Source: Dehalococcoidia bacterium
GTDB lineage: Bacteria; Chloroflexota; Dehalococcoidia; GIF9; AB-539-J10
Reading direction: 5' to 3'
Assembly: GCA_030612025.1 (NCBI GenBank)
Contig: JAUWOR010000003.1
Coordinates: 32,001-96,000, forward strand
Length of the DNA stretch: 64,000 nt
Of this stretch, positions 39,120 through 48,378 are shown piece by piece. Position 1 is the first letter of the stretch; each line of letters opens with the position of its first letter. The position numbers and the translations under genes are program-made. A model generated the notes under the pieces. That model searched no databases and had not been told where the DNA came from. It saw nothing but the letters and a program-made list of their open reading frames with translations.

Positions 39120-39332
39120 TTAGAGCATCCTAATTGCCTTTAGCGGGCAAGACTCAACACATGTGCCACAATCCTGACAAAAGCCCGGAATGGGATAGGG
39201 CAAATCGTATGGCTCCTCTTGCCTCCAGAGCTTAGCGGGACATTCAAGAACAGCAGCGCAAACTCCTTTGTCGCATCTCTCCGGGTGGCACCTCTCATAA
39301 TCCACTGCACCCTTTAATTTTGGCTCCAACAT
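39120..39332 (-). CDS. Small 4Fe-4S ferredoxin-like protein
   Basis: C.PE.C...C...CP and CQDCGTCVESCP; ATG at 39332. Confidence 0.82.
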   Translation of the reverse strand: MLEPKLKGAVDYERCHPERCDKGVCAAVLECPAKLWRQEEPYDLPYPIPGFCQDCGTCVESCPLKAIRML

Positions 39333-39345
39333 TTTTGTTTCCCAG

Positions 39346-39663
39346 CTAGAGCAGTGTCTCCACCTTAGGCCGAATCGCACTTTCGGGAACAGCACCAAGA
39401 CTGGAATCAATAAGCTGACCATTTTTGAAAAACAGCATCAAGGGAATGCTCATAACCTGATATCTTATGACCGTCTGAGGGTTCTCATCTAGGTTAAGCT
39501 TACAGAACTTGAATTTTCCATTATATTCCTTCGACAGCTTCTCAATTATCGGAGCAACCACAAAGCATCGCCCATACCACGGGCCCCAAAAATCTACCAC
39601 TACAGGCAGCTCAGATTTCAGAACCTCGTCCTCGAAATTCTGATCCGTGGGCTACTCTGGCAC
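39346..39663 (-). pseudogene. Degenerate thioredoxin
   Basis: Active site WGPWYGRC instead of WAPWCGPC; upstream frame VPE*PTDQNFEDEVLKSELPVV contains a TAG. Confidence 0.7.
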
Positions 39664-39720
39664 TCCTCCTATGGGGAAAGTGGTTATTTTTGTCGCCAGC
39701 ACATCCACCAAAGTAAGAAA

Positions 39721-40140
39721 CTACCTTTTCTCCTCCTTACATTTATGGCAATAACCCTCCAGGTACAACTCAATTCTGGTAACACAGAAGTCGTTTTTGT
39801 GTTGCACCTCTGCTACCAATTCACGAATCAAGGGGCTTTCAAACTCAATGACTCGCCTACAGCCTCGGCATACTAGATGCTGATGTTCTCCTAAGCGCTT
39901 CATCTCATAACTACAACGAACCTGACCTAGATGCCTTTCCTCTATCAAGCCTTGTTCCTTAAATAAGCGTAAACTACGGTAAACTGTAGCAAGGCTAATA
40001 CTAGCGTCTTTCTCGATAGCTCGGCGATACAGTTCCTTAGCATCTAAATGCGTTCCAGCTTCTCGTATAGTAGAAAGGAGAAGACTTCGCTGTGGTGTAA
40101 GTGGGCGGATATTGCTGAGATTGTTGCGATTGATTCTCAT
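39721..40140 (-). CDS. Fur-family transcriptional regulator
   Basis: LTPQR, H.DA.ELY, SLATVYR, HQHLVC..C, G.C..C. Confidence 0.93.
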   Translation of the reverse strand: MRINRNNLSNIRPLTPQRSLLLSTIREAGTHLDAKELYRRAIEKDASISLATVYRSLRLFKEQGLIEERHLGQVRCSYEMKRLGEHQHLVCRGCRRVIEFESPLIRELVAEVQHKNDFCVTRIELYLEGYCHKCKEEKR

Positions 40141-40178
40141 TATCACAACAGAATAGCAGCATCTCTACACTCTGTCAA
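40126..40178 (-). promoter_or_regulatory. Promoter of the Fur-family gene with overlapping Fur-box-like site
   Basis: Minus strand TTGACA-17 bp-TATTCT; GATAATGAGAATCAATCGC (40144-40126) matches 15/19 of GATAATGATAATCATTATC. Confidence 0.6.
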
Positions 40179-40334
40179 GTCGGGCCGACTAGACAGTATT
40201 TATTAACCCGCGCTTCTTTGAAACCATACACAATCTTATGATACACTACTGGAAGTGAGTCAAGGGCATTCAAAGAAGTATTTGCCTTTAGGATTTGCGT
40301 CTTTGGTTCTCCGCCATTGGCTTTCAGGCGAGCG

Positions 40335-41102
40335 ATGGATTCTGTTATCTACGGTCCAGTACCTTCGTGGCGACTAGGTAGATCATTAGGTATAGACCTT
40401 CTCTGTGCGCCAGGCAAAACCTGCTCTTTCGACTGCGTTTACTGCCAACTGGGCACAACTACCAGGCCGACCACTAAGCGAGCGGAATTTGTCTCAATCG
40501 GCAAATTAACTAAAGAGCTAGAGGAAATAAAGGATATAGCTGCTGATTATGTCACCTTCTCCGGGACAGGCGAGCCTACCCTAGCCAGCAATTTAGGGCA
40601 AGCCATCGAGATAGCCAAATCAATTTTGCCTCTCCCTGTAGCAGTCTTGACTAATTCTTCCTTAATGCCTAGAGAGGATGTGAGAGAAGACCTTGCCAAG
40701 GCGGACGTAGTGGTAGCTAAACTAGATGTCCACAACCAAGAGCTATTCAGACAAGTCAATAGGCCTATAGCTGACCTTATGCTTAGCGATATAATTGAAG
40801 GCATTAAGCTATTCAAAAACAAATTCCCTGGCAAGCTATGCCTTCAGGTAATGCTTATTGAGGCGAATAAAACTTTTGCCAGGGAAATAGCACAAATAGC
40901 AAGTTACCTGAGTCCTGACGAAGTGCAACTCAATACTCCTTTACGTCCTTGCGCTGTTAAGCCTCTAACACCATCACAAATGGCTTCTATCAAGAGTGCC
41001 TTTCATAATTTTGGGAACGTAGTAACAGTTTATGAAGCACCAAGGCCTGAAGTTAAGCCATTGAATTTGCGGGAAACCTTACGGCGAAGGCCAAAGCTTT
41101 GA
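40335..41102 (+). CDS. Radical SAM protein (YGPVPS.RLG.SLG family)
   Basis: CSFDCVYCQLG, SGTGEPTL, LTNSS. Confidence 0.9.
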   Translation: MDSVIYGPVPSWRLGRSLGIDLLCAPGKTCSFDCVYCQLGTTTRPTTKRAEFVSIGKLTKELEEIKDIAADYVTFSGTGEPTLASNLGQAIEIAKSILPLPVAVLTNSSLMPREDVREDLAKADVVVAKLDVHNQELFRQVNRPIADLMLSDIIEGIKLFKNKFPGKLCLQVMLIEANKTFAREIAQIASYLSPDEVQLNTPLRPCAVKPLTPSQMASIKSAFHNFGNVVTVYEAPRPEVKPLNLRETLRRRPKL

Positions 41103-41130
41103 TTATAGTTGGTCTTAAAATCCCTTATAA

Positions 41131-41206
41131 TTCTCCCTCCCTTGGCGGGAGGGAGTTAGAGGGAGGGAGAATTCACCCTCACCTTAATCCTCTCTTGTAA
41201 GGAAGA
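41131..41206. repeat. Family C repeat pair
   Basis: ctccctcccttggcgggagggag...ttcaccctcaccttaatcctctc. Confidence 0.75.
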
Positions 41207-41262
41207 AAAAATTCATTACATGAGAGGGGTTTTAGAAGAAGTTAGCTGGAAGACTATAAGTT

Positions 41263-41532
41263 ATGCTAAAAATAAATAAGAACCTCTGTTTGGGCTGTGG
41301 CTTATGTGCCCAAGTTTGCCCTCAGGGAGCAATTAACCTCCTTTGGGACAAAGCAGAAATAGATGCAAGGAGATGCAATTCTTGCTATCAATGTCTTAAC
41401 GTATGCCCTCAAGGAGCGATTTTTGAAATGATTATAATCTCGCCTGCAGAGCTAAGAACCACTGCCTCCAACTTAAAACAGCAAACTGATGCTATAATTC
41501 GAAGAATTGATAGATTAGCTAGCAGAGCTTAA
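41263..41532 (+). CDS. 2[4Fe-4S] protein with C-terminal coiled coil
   Basis: CLGCGLCAQVCP, CNSCYQCLNVCP; tail LRTTASNLKQQTDAIIRRIDRL. Confidence 0.88.
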   Translation: MLKINKNLCLGCGLCAQVCPQGAINLLWDKAEIDARRCNSCYQCLNVCPQGAIFEMIIISPAELRTTASNLKQQTDAIIRRIDRLASRA

Positions 41533-41538
41533 GCAATT

Positions 41539-42003
41539 ATGGAAGAGAAGCATAGTCTGGAATTGAAGCCCATAGGGGTAATCCATTCTCCCTACCGTAG
41601 TAGAGGGGGAGCACCACATCAGGGCTGCGGAAGAGAGGAAGTCAGCGAGATAGAGCTGTTTAAAGAGTTTGAGGAGGGTTTGAAAGACATAGAGGGGTTT
41701 TCTCACATTATCTTGATATATTGGTTTCGCAAATCCCAAGGATATCATCTGCTTGTTAAAACGCCCTGGGATACAAAGCCACATGGGCTATTTACCACTA
41801 GATCGCCAAACAGACCCTGTCCATTAGGCTTATGTGTGGTAGAGCTGGTAGCCAGAGAAAAGAATATCCTTAAGGTAAAAGGGTTAGATGCTATAGATGG
41901 CACGCCGCTTTTGGATATCAAGCCCTATATCCCCTCCATAGATGAAAAGGCTAATGTCAAAATTGGCTGGCTTGAAGGCAGGTTAAGGATGGAGAGGACC
42001 TGA
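41539..42003 (+). CDS. TsaA/TrmO-family SAM-binding protein
   Basis: LKPIG.I.SP, F.TRSP.RP.P.G, GLDA.DGTPLLDIKPY. Confidence 0.9.
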   Translation: MEEKHSLELKPIGVIHSPYRSRGGAPHQGCGREEVSEIELFKEFEEGLKDIEGFSHIILIYWFRKSQGYHLLVKTPWDTKPHGLFTTRSPNRPCPLGLCVVELVAREKNILKVKGLDAIDGTPLLDIKPYIPSIDEKANVKIGWLEGRLRMERT

Positions 42004-42053
42004 TATTGAGCTACTCTGACCAAAGCTATCTATTTTTAGCGTAAGGAATTAAT

Positions 42054-42809
42054 ATGGGCGGCATTTACTTTGTTCCCATCCTCTTTTTTGTAATTGCGTT
42101 TGTATTCTCAATGTTGGGGAGAGGTGGAGCAACCCTATATGTGCCTATCCTCTTCTGGCTGGGAATGGATTTTAAAACCCAAGCAATTCCCCTGGGGATG
42201 CTATTAAATGTGGCAAATACATCTGTGCCAGCTTTGACCTTTGGGCTTAAAAAAATGATAAATTGGAAATTAGCTATCCCTTTTGGCTTAGCGATGGTAA
42301 TCTTTGCCCCACTAGGAGCTTGGGCAAATCTCAATCTTCCCACAAAACCCATAATCCTGGCATTAGCCTTGTTCGCGGCCATCTCTACTATTCCTCTTAT
42401 AGTTAATTGGCGTTCTAAATGTGAATTATCTACAAAGAGGGGTATTAAAATAGGTATTTTAGGGGGCTCTATTCTTGGGTTTTTTGCTGGTTTGATAGGA
42501 AGAGGTGGAGGAAGTTTTATCGTGCCTTTGCTTTATGTCATAGGCTTAGATATAAAGGTTGCTGCGGCAACATCGGCTTTCATAGTTACATGCTCTGGCG
42601 TGTCCAGTTTTTTGTCTCATGTGGCTTTACAGGCACAACCTCAATGGGTTATCTGGGTTCCTTGCGTAATAGCAGTGCTGATTGGAAGCCAACTTGGCTC
42701 CAGGTTAATGATAACAAGATTGAAGCCAAGTTATCTAAAATGGACTTTTATAACTATCAATCTTGGAGTTGCAGCAACTCTTATTGTTAAAGATGTGATA
42801 CTGGGATGA
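42054..42809 (+). CDS. TauE/SafE-family sulfite exporter
   Basis: Two G.GGG...VP repeats, AAATS, hydrophobic. Confidence 0.88.
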   Translation: MGGIYFVPILFFVIAFVFSMLGRGGATLYVPILFWLGMDFKTQAIPLGMLLNVANTSVPALTFGLKKMINWKLAIPFGLAMVIFAPLGAWANLNLPTKPIILALALFAAISTIPLIVNWRSKCELSTKRGIKIGILGGSILGFFAGLIGRGGGSFIVPLLYVIGLDIKVAAATSAFIVTCSGVSSFLSHVALQAQPQWVIWVPCVIAVLIGSQLGSRLMITRLKPSYLKWTFITINLGVAATLIVKDVILG

Positions 42810-43654
42810 GAACATACTTAGATTGTATACCTTGTTTTTTTAAGCAAGCTCTTAAGGCGGCAAGAATGGCTGGAGCAGATGAGGATGTCCAGAAAAAGAT
42901 ACTGGATAACCTAGCTGCAGAAGTGCCTAATTTTCCTTTATCGAGTTCCCCACCTGAGATGGGAAGAATTGTTTATAGGCTTGTTAGAGAAATTACTAGC
43001 GAGGAAGATCCTTTCAAAAAGGTAAAGGATAAATACAATAAGATAGCCCTTAATATCTATCCAGATTTGAAAGATAAAGTAGCCCACTCTAAAGATAGAT
43101 TATTAACAGCTATAAGGCTAGCTGTTGCTGGTAATATAATTGACTTTGGGGTAGATAATCCCTTTGTCCTGGAAAAGGAAATAGAGGATGTGTTTAGAAA
43201 AGATTTTGCTATATTTGATTATCAGGAATTCAAGGAGACTCTTAAAAATGCAAAGCAAATTCTCTATTTGGCCGATAATGCTGGAGAGGTGGTCTTTGAC
43301 CGTATATTAATTGAAGAATTAAATAAAGAGGTCATCTATGTGGTGAAGGATAAGCCTGTTATTAATGATGCCTTAGCAGAAGATGCCCAATTTTGTGGCA
43401 TAGATAAAATAGCCGAAGTTGTCTCCAATGGGTCGGATGCACCGGGGACAATTCTAAGTTTATGCTCGGAGGCTTTTTTAAGCCTTTATGAAACAGCAAA
43501 GCTAATTATCAGTAAAGGGCAAGGAAATTTTGAGGGGTTAGTGGGGAGAAGTAAGGCACCCATTTTCTTTTTATTTAAAGTAAAATGCCCGGTTATTGCT
43601 AATGACGTTGGATGTAGGGTCAATGATATTGTTTTAAAATATAATTGTAAGTAA
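42806..43654 (+). CDS. DUF89/ARMT1-like damage-control phosphatase
   Basis: C.PC, AGNIID, DNAGE..FD, KGQGNFE and KC motifs. Confidence 0.9.
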   Translation: MRTYLDCIPCFFKQALKAARMAGADEDVQKKILDNLAAEVPNFPLSSSPPEMGRIVYRLVREITSEEDPFKKVKDKYNKIALNIYPDLKDKVAHSKDRLLTAIRLAVAGNIIDFGVDNPFVLEKEIEDVFRKDFAIFDYQEFKETLKNAKQILYLADNAGEVVFDRILIEELNKEVIYVVKDKPVINDALAEDAQFCGIDKIAEVVSNGSDAPGTILSLCSEAFLSLYETAKLIISKGQGNFEGLVGRSKAPIFFLFKVKCPVIANDVGCRVNDIVLKYNCK

Positions 43655-43694
43655 GAAAGATATTTCTCTATTTTTATCATGGTGATAAAAAGTT

Positions 43695-44537
43695 ATGGCT
43701 TTATGGAGGAGTGTTGCAGAGTTTTTCCCCATATTACTGGCTACTGGCGCCGGCGCTGGTTTTGCCAGCGGGCTGCTTGGTATTGGCGGTGGCTTTATCA
43801 TGGTCCCGGTTATGTATTCGGTAATTGGAGCCATGGGTTTTCCAGATATTGCTATGAAAGTAGCCTTAGGCACAAGTTTGCTGGTAATTTTGCCCACAGC
43901 TATGAGCGGTGCATGGAGACACAACAAGAAAAAGGCAGTTCAGTGGAAGACAGCGTTAGTCCTGGGACTGTGTGGCTTAGGTGGAGGTCTGGCTGGGTCT
44001 ACCCTGGCTACTTACCTGCCAGAGCGAGTGCTAAAGACGGGCTTCGGAGGCTTAGTCCTAGCTATAGCCATATGGATGGGCTTGGGGATGATGCCAAAGC
44101 TGGCAAAACAAAGGGCAGAGCCGAAAGATAATCCCCGGCTATTGCCAGCTCTGGGCTTCCCCATAGGTATGGTAAGCGGACTTACAGGCCTCGGTGGCGG
44201 GGCACTGATAGTTCCCGCGCTAGTATTGGCACTCGATTTTCCTATGCACCTGGCCATAGGAACATCTGTAAGCGCAATAATACTTACCAGTCTAGGTGGT
44301 ATCATTGGATATATCATACACGGTATCGGAGTGCCTGGCCTTCCCTATTCAATAGGCTACATAAATCTACCCATATGGCTATGTTTGGCCGGTATGAGCG
44401 TGCCTCTGGCACAACTTGGCGCTAAGACAGCGCATGCTTTACCAGCTAAGCAACTAAGATATATATTTATTGCCCTCATGGTTTATATCGGACTGAGGAT
44501 GATTGGTGTATTCAGCTGGCTGGGATTGCCTATTTAA
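43695..44537 (+). CDS. TauE/SafE-family sulfite exporter
   Basis: GLLGIGGG..MVP, GTSL, GLTGLGGG...VP, AIGTS. Confidence 0.9.
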   Translation: MALWRSVAEFFPILLATGAGAGFASGLLGIGGGFIMVPVMYSVIGAMGFPDIAMKVALGTSLLVILPTAMSGAWRHNKKKAVQWKTALVLGLCGLGGGLAGSTLATYLPERVLKTGFGGLVLAIAIWMGLGMMPKLAKQRAEPKDNPRLLPALGFPIGMVSGLTGLGGGALIVPALVLALDFPMHLAIGTSVSAIILTSLGGIIGYIIHGIGVPGLPYSIGYINLPIWLCLAGMSVPLAQLGAKTAHALPAKQLRYIFIALMVYIGLRMIGVFSWLGLPI

Positions 44538-44549
44538 CACAGCACCCTA

Positions 44550-45383
44550 CTAAGCTGGCAATACCTTCATTTCGTCTCCCACTCCCATGCCAAGAAAGTC
44601 ACAGGCACTCCCGCTGCTTAATGATATTTCTAGATAACCACTGCTGCCCACAATGGCCATCAATCCCTCTTCCTGTTCATAATAATGAGTTATACCTTGA
44701 ATACGTTGTCCTGCTACCTCAATAATAACATCCCCACCTGGCAAATCAGTGCTTTTAATGTTGCTGATTAGATTGCCAAAATGGTCAATATATAAAATAT
44801 GGCCCACTAAGTTATCTTGTGAGTCAAAGTATGGCTTTGGAGTAGGGAAAACATAAAGGGAGGTAATCTTTTCCCCAAATTCATAAAGTGAAATACCCAA
44901 GGAAAGGCCAGCAGCAACTGGAGCAAAGATGTCTCTCCCATGAAAGGTAGGGCTGACTGGATGCCGCCAAAAACGGGGGTCAGTAATAGCCACGGCTTCA
45001 AGCCCCGTTTTGAACTTCGCTTCCTCAAGGCTTTGAGAACACTGGCTCAAGGCGCCTTCATTGAGGGAGAACTCATTAATTACATAGCTGAGGATGCCAT
45101 TATCGGGAGCAACGAACAAAGCCGAAACCGTTTTCAAAATTATCCCCCGACGCTCACCCCCTACGCCGGGATCAACAATAGCCATATGAACAGTTCGCTT
45201 AGGGAAATAGCGATAAGCGATATTGACAACGAAAGCAGCTTGGAGAATGTTCTGCGGCTCGATAGAATGAGTTATATCAACAATGTTAACTTCGGGGTTA
45301 ATGCTCAGGATGACGCCTTTCATAATAGCAACATAGGCATCATCAGAGCCAAAATCGGTGGTTAGCGTTATTATGGAATTCAT
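44550..45383 (-). CDS. DUF62 SAM hydroxide adenosyltransferase (SAM hydrolase)
   Basis: LTTDFG, VDPGVG..R, APDNG, TFHGRD; Asp-Arg-His triad present. Confidence 0.88.
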   Translation of the reverse strand: MNSIITLTTDFGSDDAYVAIMKGVILSINPEVNIVDITHSIEPQNILQAAFVVNIAYRYFPKRTVHMAIVDPGVGGERRGIILKTVSALFVAPDNGILSYVINEFSLNEGALSQCSQSLEEAKFKTGLEAVAITDPRFWRHPVSPTFHGRDIFAPVAAGLSLGISLYEFGEKITSLYVFPTPKPYFDSQDNLVGHILYIDHFGNLISNIKSTDLPGGDVIIEVAGQRIQGITHYYEQEEGLMAIVGSSGYLEISLSSGSACDFLGMGVGDEMKVLPA

Positions 45384-45389
45384 CCCCGG

Positions 45390-45611
45390 TTACTGAGCAG
45401 ACATAACCATTAACACTGCCAAGGTGACAAAAATGATAGCTAGGACAATGGTGAGCTTAAACAAGGTTTTTTCTATCCCCCGCCTGGTCCGATAAACAGA
45501 ATCGGATTGACCGAAGATTCCTCCTAAACCTCCACCATGGAGTTGAAATAAGATAGTAGCAATTAAAGCCGCAGCTATTAATATTTGAGCAATAACAAGA
45601 TAAATAGGCAA
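45390..45611 (-). CDS. secG: Preprotein translocase subunit SecG
   Basis: Two TM segments, Q..GGGLGGIFG, RRG.EK.L. Confidence 0.9.
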   Translation of the reverse strand: MPIYLVIAQILIAAALIATILFQLHGGGLGGIFGQSDSVYRTRRGIEKTLFKLTIVLAIIFVTLAVLMVMSAQ

Positions 45612-45612
45612 T

Positions 45613-47049
45613 TTATTTCCCTCCTAACTCTTCAATAAGAATCTCCCTCGTCAAAGAGGGATTGGCTCTCCCTCTTGTAGCCCTCATTACCTGCCCGGTA
45701 ATGAAGGTCAAGGCTTGCTGCTTGCCAGCCTTATAATCTGACACTGCCTTGGCATTATTAGCTATTACCTTCTTCACCACCTCCCTTATCTCAGCAGCAT
45801 CGCTAATTTGGCTGAGCTTCTTTTCCGCCACAATAGCACTAGCCCTCTTACCACTATAAAACATTTCTTCAAACACTGCCTTGGCAGTTGCTCCACTAAT
45901 AGTCCCCTTATCCACCAAGTTGAGCATTTCTGCCAGGTGTTCAGGAGTTATTTTCGCCTTTCCAATTTCAGTATTAGTAGCATTAAGCAGTCGGCTAAAG
46001 TCTCCTAAGAACCAGTTGCTTACCAGCTTCGCCTTGTTGTGATCCATTAATTTGAGGCAATTTTCAAAATACTCAGCCATTGCTTTGGAACCAGTCAAGA
46101 TATTAGCATCATATAAGGGCAAACCATACTGAGTCACAAAGCGCTCTCTTCTGGCTTCAGGTAACTCGGGTAGCTTTGCTCTGATTTCCTCTATCCAAGC
46201 TCTATTAAAAACCAGCGGAGGCAAATCAGGCTCAGGGAAATATCGGTAGTCATCGGCATATTCTTTACTCCTTTGACTTACCGTTGTGCCCTTCTCATCT
46301 ACCCAACCTCGCGTTTCCTGCACAAGCGCGCCACCTTCCTCAAGCACCCTCCTCTGCCGCCTGGCTTCATATTCCATCGCCTGATAAACCGCTTTAAAAC
46401 TATTCATATTCTTGACCTCAATCTTAGCCAGCAACTCTTTGCTGCCCCGGGGGCGAACACTTATATTAGCATCACACCTGAAGCTGCCCTCTTCCATATT
46501 GCCCGTGGACACTCCTAGATAACGAAGGATAGAGCGTAACTTGATAAGGTAATCCCGAGCCTCTTCAGGGGAGCTAATTTCAGGTTCGCTAACAATCTCC
46601 ATCAACGGTACACCAGAGCGATTGACATCTATCAGACTGTAATCTCCCCTATGCCATAACTTAGCCACATCCTCCTCAAGATGCACTCTAGTAATATTAA
46701 TTCTTTTCTTCGTGCCATTGCTATCAATGACTAGCCAGCCCTGCCTTGCGATAGGAACATCATACTGGGAAATCTGGTAACCCTTCATTAGGTCAGGGTA
46801 ACAATAGTTCTTACGGTCAAATTTGGTATAGTCAGGAATGGTGCAGCTTAAGGCTAAGGCAGTCATCACGGTATACTCCACCGCCTTTTTATTAATAACA
46901 GGGAGGACACCAGGCATGCCCAGGCAAATAGGGCAAACGTGGGTATTAGGCGGAGCATTAATGTAATCAGTGCTACAAGAGCAAAACATCTTGCTCTTAG
47001 TCAGTAGCTGGACATGAACTTCCAAACCTATGACAGTCTCACAATCCAT
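45613..47049 (-). CDS. gatB: Asp/Glu-tRNA amidotransferase subunit B
   Basis: GLEVH, HLEED, RCDANIS, EVKNMNS and YRYFPEPD motifs. Confidence 0.98.
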   Translation of the reverse strand: MDCETVIGLEVHVQLLTKSKMFCSCSTDYINAPPNTHVCPICLGMPGVLPVINKKAVEYTVMTALALSCTIPDYTKFDRKNYCYPDLMKGYQISQYDVPIARQGWLVIDSNGTKKRINITRVHLEEDVAKLWHRGDYSLIDVNRSGVPLMEIVSEPEISSPEEARDYLIKLRSILRYLGVSTGNMEEGSFRCDANISVRPRGSKELLAKIEVKNMNSFKAVYQAMEYEARRQRRVLEEGGALVQETRGWVDEKGTTVSQRSKEYADDYRYFPEPDLPPLVFNRAWIEEIRAKLPELPEARRERFVTQYGLPLYDANILTGSKAMAEYFENCLKLMDHNKAKLVSNWFLGDFSRLLNATNTEIGKAKITPEHLAEMLNLVDKGTISGATAKAVFEEMFYSGKRASAIVAEKKLSQISDAAEIREVVKKVIANNAKAVSDYKAGKQQALTFITGQVMRATRGRANPSLTREILIEELGGK

Positions 47050-47139
47050 AACTTGGGACTAGTATATCAACCCTGCCAGGTCGAGACAAGAAGATTTAAC
47101 TTGACCTAAAGCTCAAGGCGTTGCTACAATTGAACTTGT

Positions 47140-47215
47140 GGGGATATAGCTCAGTAGGGAGAGCGCTGCGTTCGCATCGCAGAGGTTGGGGGTTCGAATC
47201 CCCCTATCTCCACCA
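47140..47215 (+). tRNA. tRNA-Ala(CGC)
   Basis: Cloverleaf; arm ctgcg-ttCGCat-cgcag; CCA end; upstream TTGACC...TACAAT promoter. Confidence 0.95.
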
Positions 47216-47216
47216 T

Positions 47217-47254
47217 GCCCCTGTAGCTCAGAGGATAGAGCAGCGGTTTCCTAA
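47217..47254 (+). repeat. 5' half of tRNA-Arg(CCT), att-like duplicate
   Basis: 37/38 identical to 49374-49411; stops after the anticodon loop ttcctaa. Confidence 0.9.
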
Positions 47255-47428
47255 TTCTAGGCTAAATTGTCAAAGTGTGGTTTTACGTTCAGTTTAGAAC
47301 TTTTGTGTTACTTGGCAAAAACCTGTTTTGAAGCTAAAATACCATCTGGTGTTAACCCGTCCCTTTTAATTTAACGCCAAAATACCAGCTTTGACTTGAA
47401 GCTAACTAAAAAATAAAAAGGGGATGAT

Positions 47429-48088
47429 ATGGGATTATTCAAAAAGGACAAAAAGAATAGTGAGGCGTCTTTCTCTATAGAAGTCAAAACCTCCATCGGA
47501 ATGGGAACGGACGATACAGTTCAGAGACTATTGAAGGAAGCAAGTCAAAAAAAGAGGGATGGCGACCTTGATGGAGCTATTGCGCTTTTAAGAGCAGCCT
47601 ACAAGGAGTTGGATAGACACCCTTGGTTCTTTCCGATTGAAGTTTACTTGCGGTTACCATTGTACCTGCAAGAGTCCGGTAAGAAAGACGAGGCATGGGA
47701 AGAGTTCAATAGGTTGGTATTATGGGTCAATTCTAAACCGAGATATTCTCCTGAAGGCACCCCAATGGAGCTTTCGGCCATCTGGGACAAAATGAGGTTG
47801 TTTTTACAAAGAGAGGGCAAGAACGAATATGCAATAACATTTGGTGTCTGGTCATACCTTTCATGGGCTAGAGGTCTCCATGAGCACAAAAGGCTATCTG
47901 AGTTGGAGACCTACACTACTATCGAAGGTATCACAAAAAGCATAAACCCTCTTCTTAAAAAGGCTGGTAAAGAATTATTCGTTGAGAGAATCACAAAAGT
48001 GGTATTTGAGTCACTAAAACAGTTGCCCGACTTAGATTTTAAGAACATAGCTAGTCAGATAAAGGTAGAATTGAGTACCACAGATTAG
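47429..48088 (+). CDS. Hypothetical helical (TPR-like) protein
   Basis: 219 aa; GDLDGAIALL..AY, YLRLP.YLQ..G..DEAW. Confidence 0.7.
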   Translation: MGLFKKDKKNSEASFSIEVKTSIGMGTDDTVQRLLKEASQKKRDGDLDGAIALLRAAYKELDRHPWFFPIEVYLRLPLYLQESGKKDEAWEEFNRLVLWVNSKPRYSPEGTPMELSAIWDKMRLFLQREGKNEYAITFGVWSYLSWARGLHEHKRLSELETYTTIEGITKSINPLLKKAGKELFVERITKVVFESLKQLPDLDFKNIASQIKVELSTTD

Positions 48089-48378
48089 ACAAACTGGTGT
48101 AGTTTTATATCCGCGGCCCCGAATACCCGCCTAAAATCGCATCCTAGAGCGTCAGTTATTGTCAACTAGGCTGCTCACCCCTAGCAATAGCTTCAAGGTC
48201 AGCGTAAGACGGTGACGGAAAAAGTATTCACAAGAGAAATTGTATTACCAGTATGGTTAAACCGCCTACCCGTTGATTCTGTGCATTCTGGTGGGCTTAC
48301 TGGTGATTAGACACCCTGTATTGAATTGACAAAATGGTTTATAATACATAATACAAATACAGTGGAAGGAGGAGACCA

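Noticed and set aside
32398-40146. Selenoproteins among the redoxins
   Set aside because: No in-frame TGA was found at Cys positions in Trx, Grx, TrxB or the ferredoxins.
44550-45383. SAM-dependent chlorinase or fluorinase
   Set aside because: It retains the Asp-Arg-His triad (VDPG, R, TFHGRD) typical of DUF62 SAM hydrolases.
47255-47428. Group I intron in tRNA-Arg(CCT)
   Set aside because: The sequence after the 5' half is AT-rich with no recognisable P/Q/R/S core, and an intact copy exists at 49374; att duplication explains it better.
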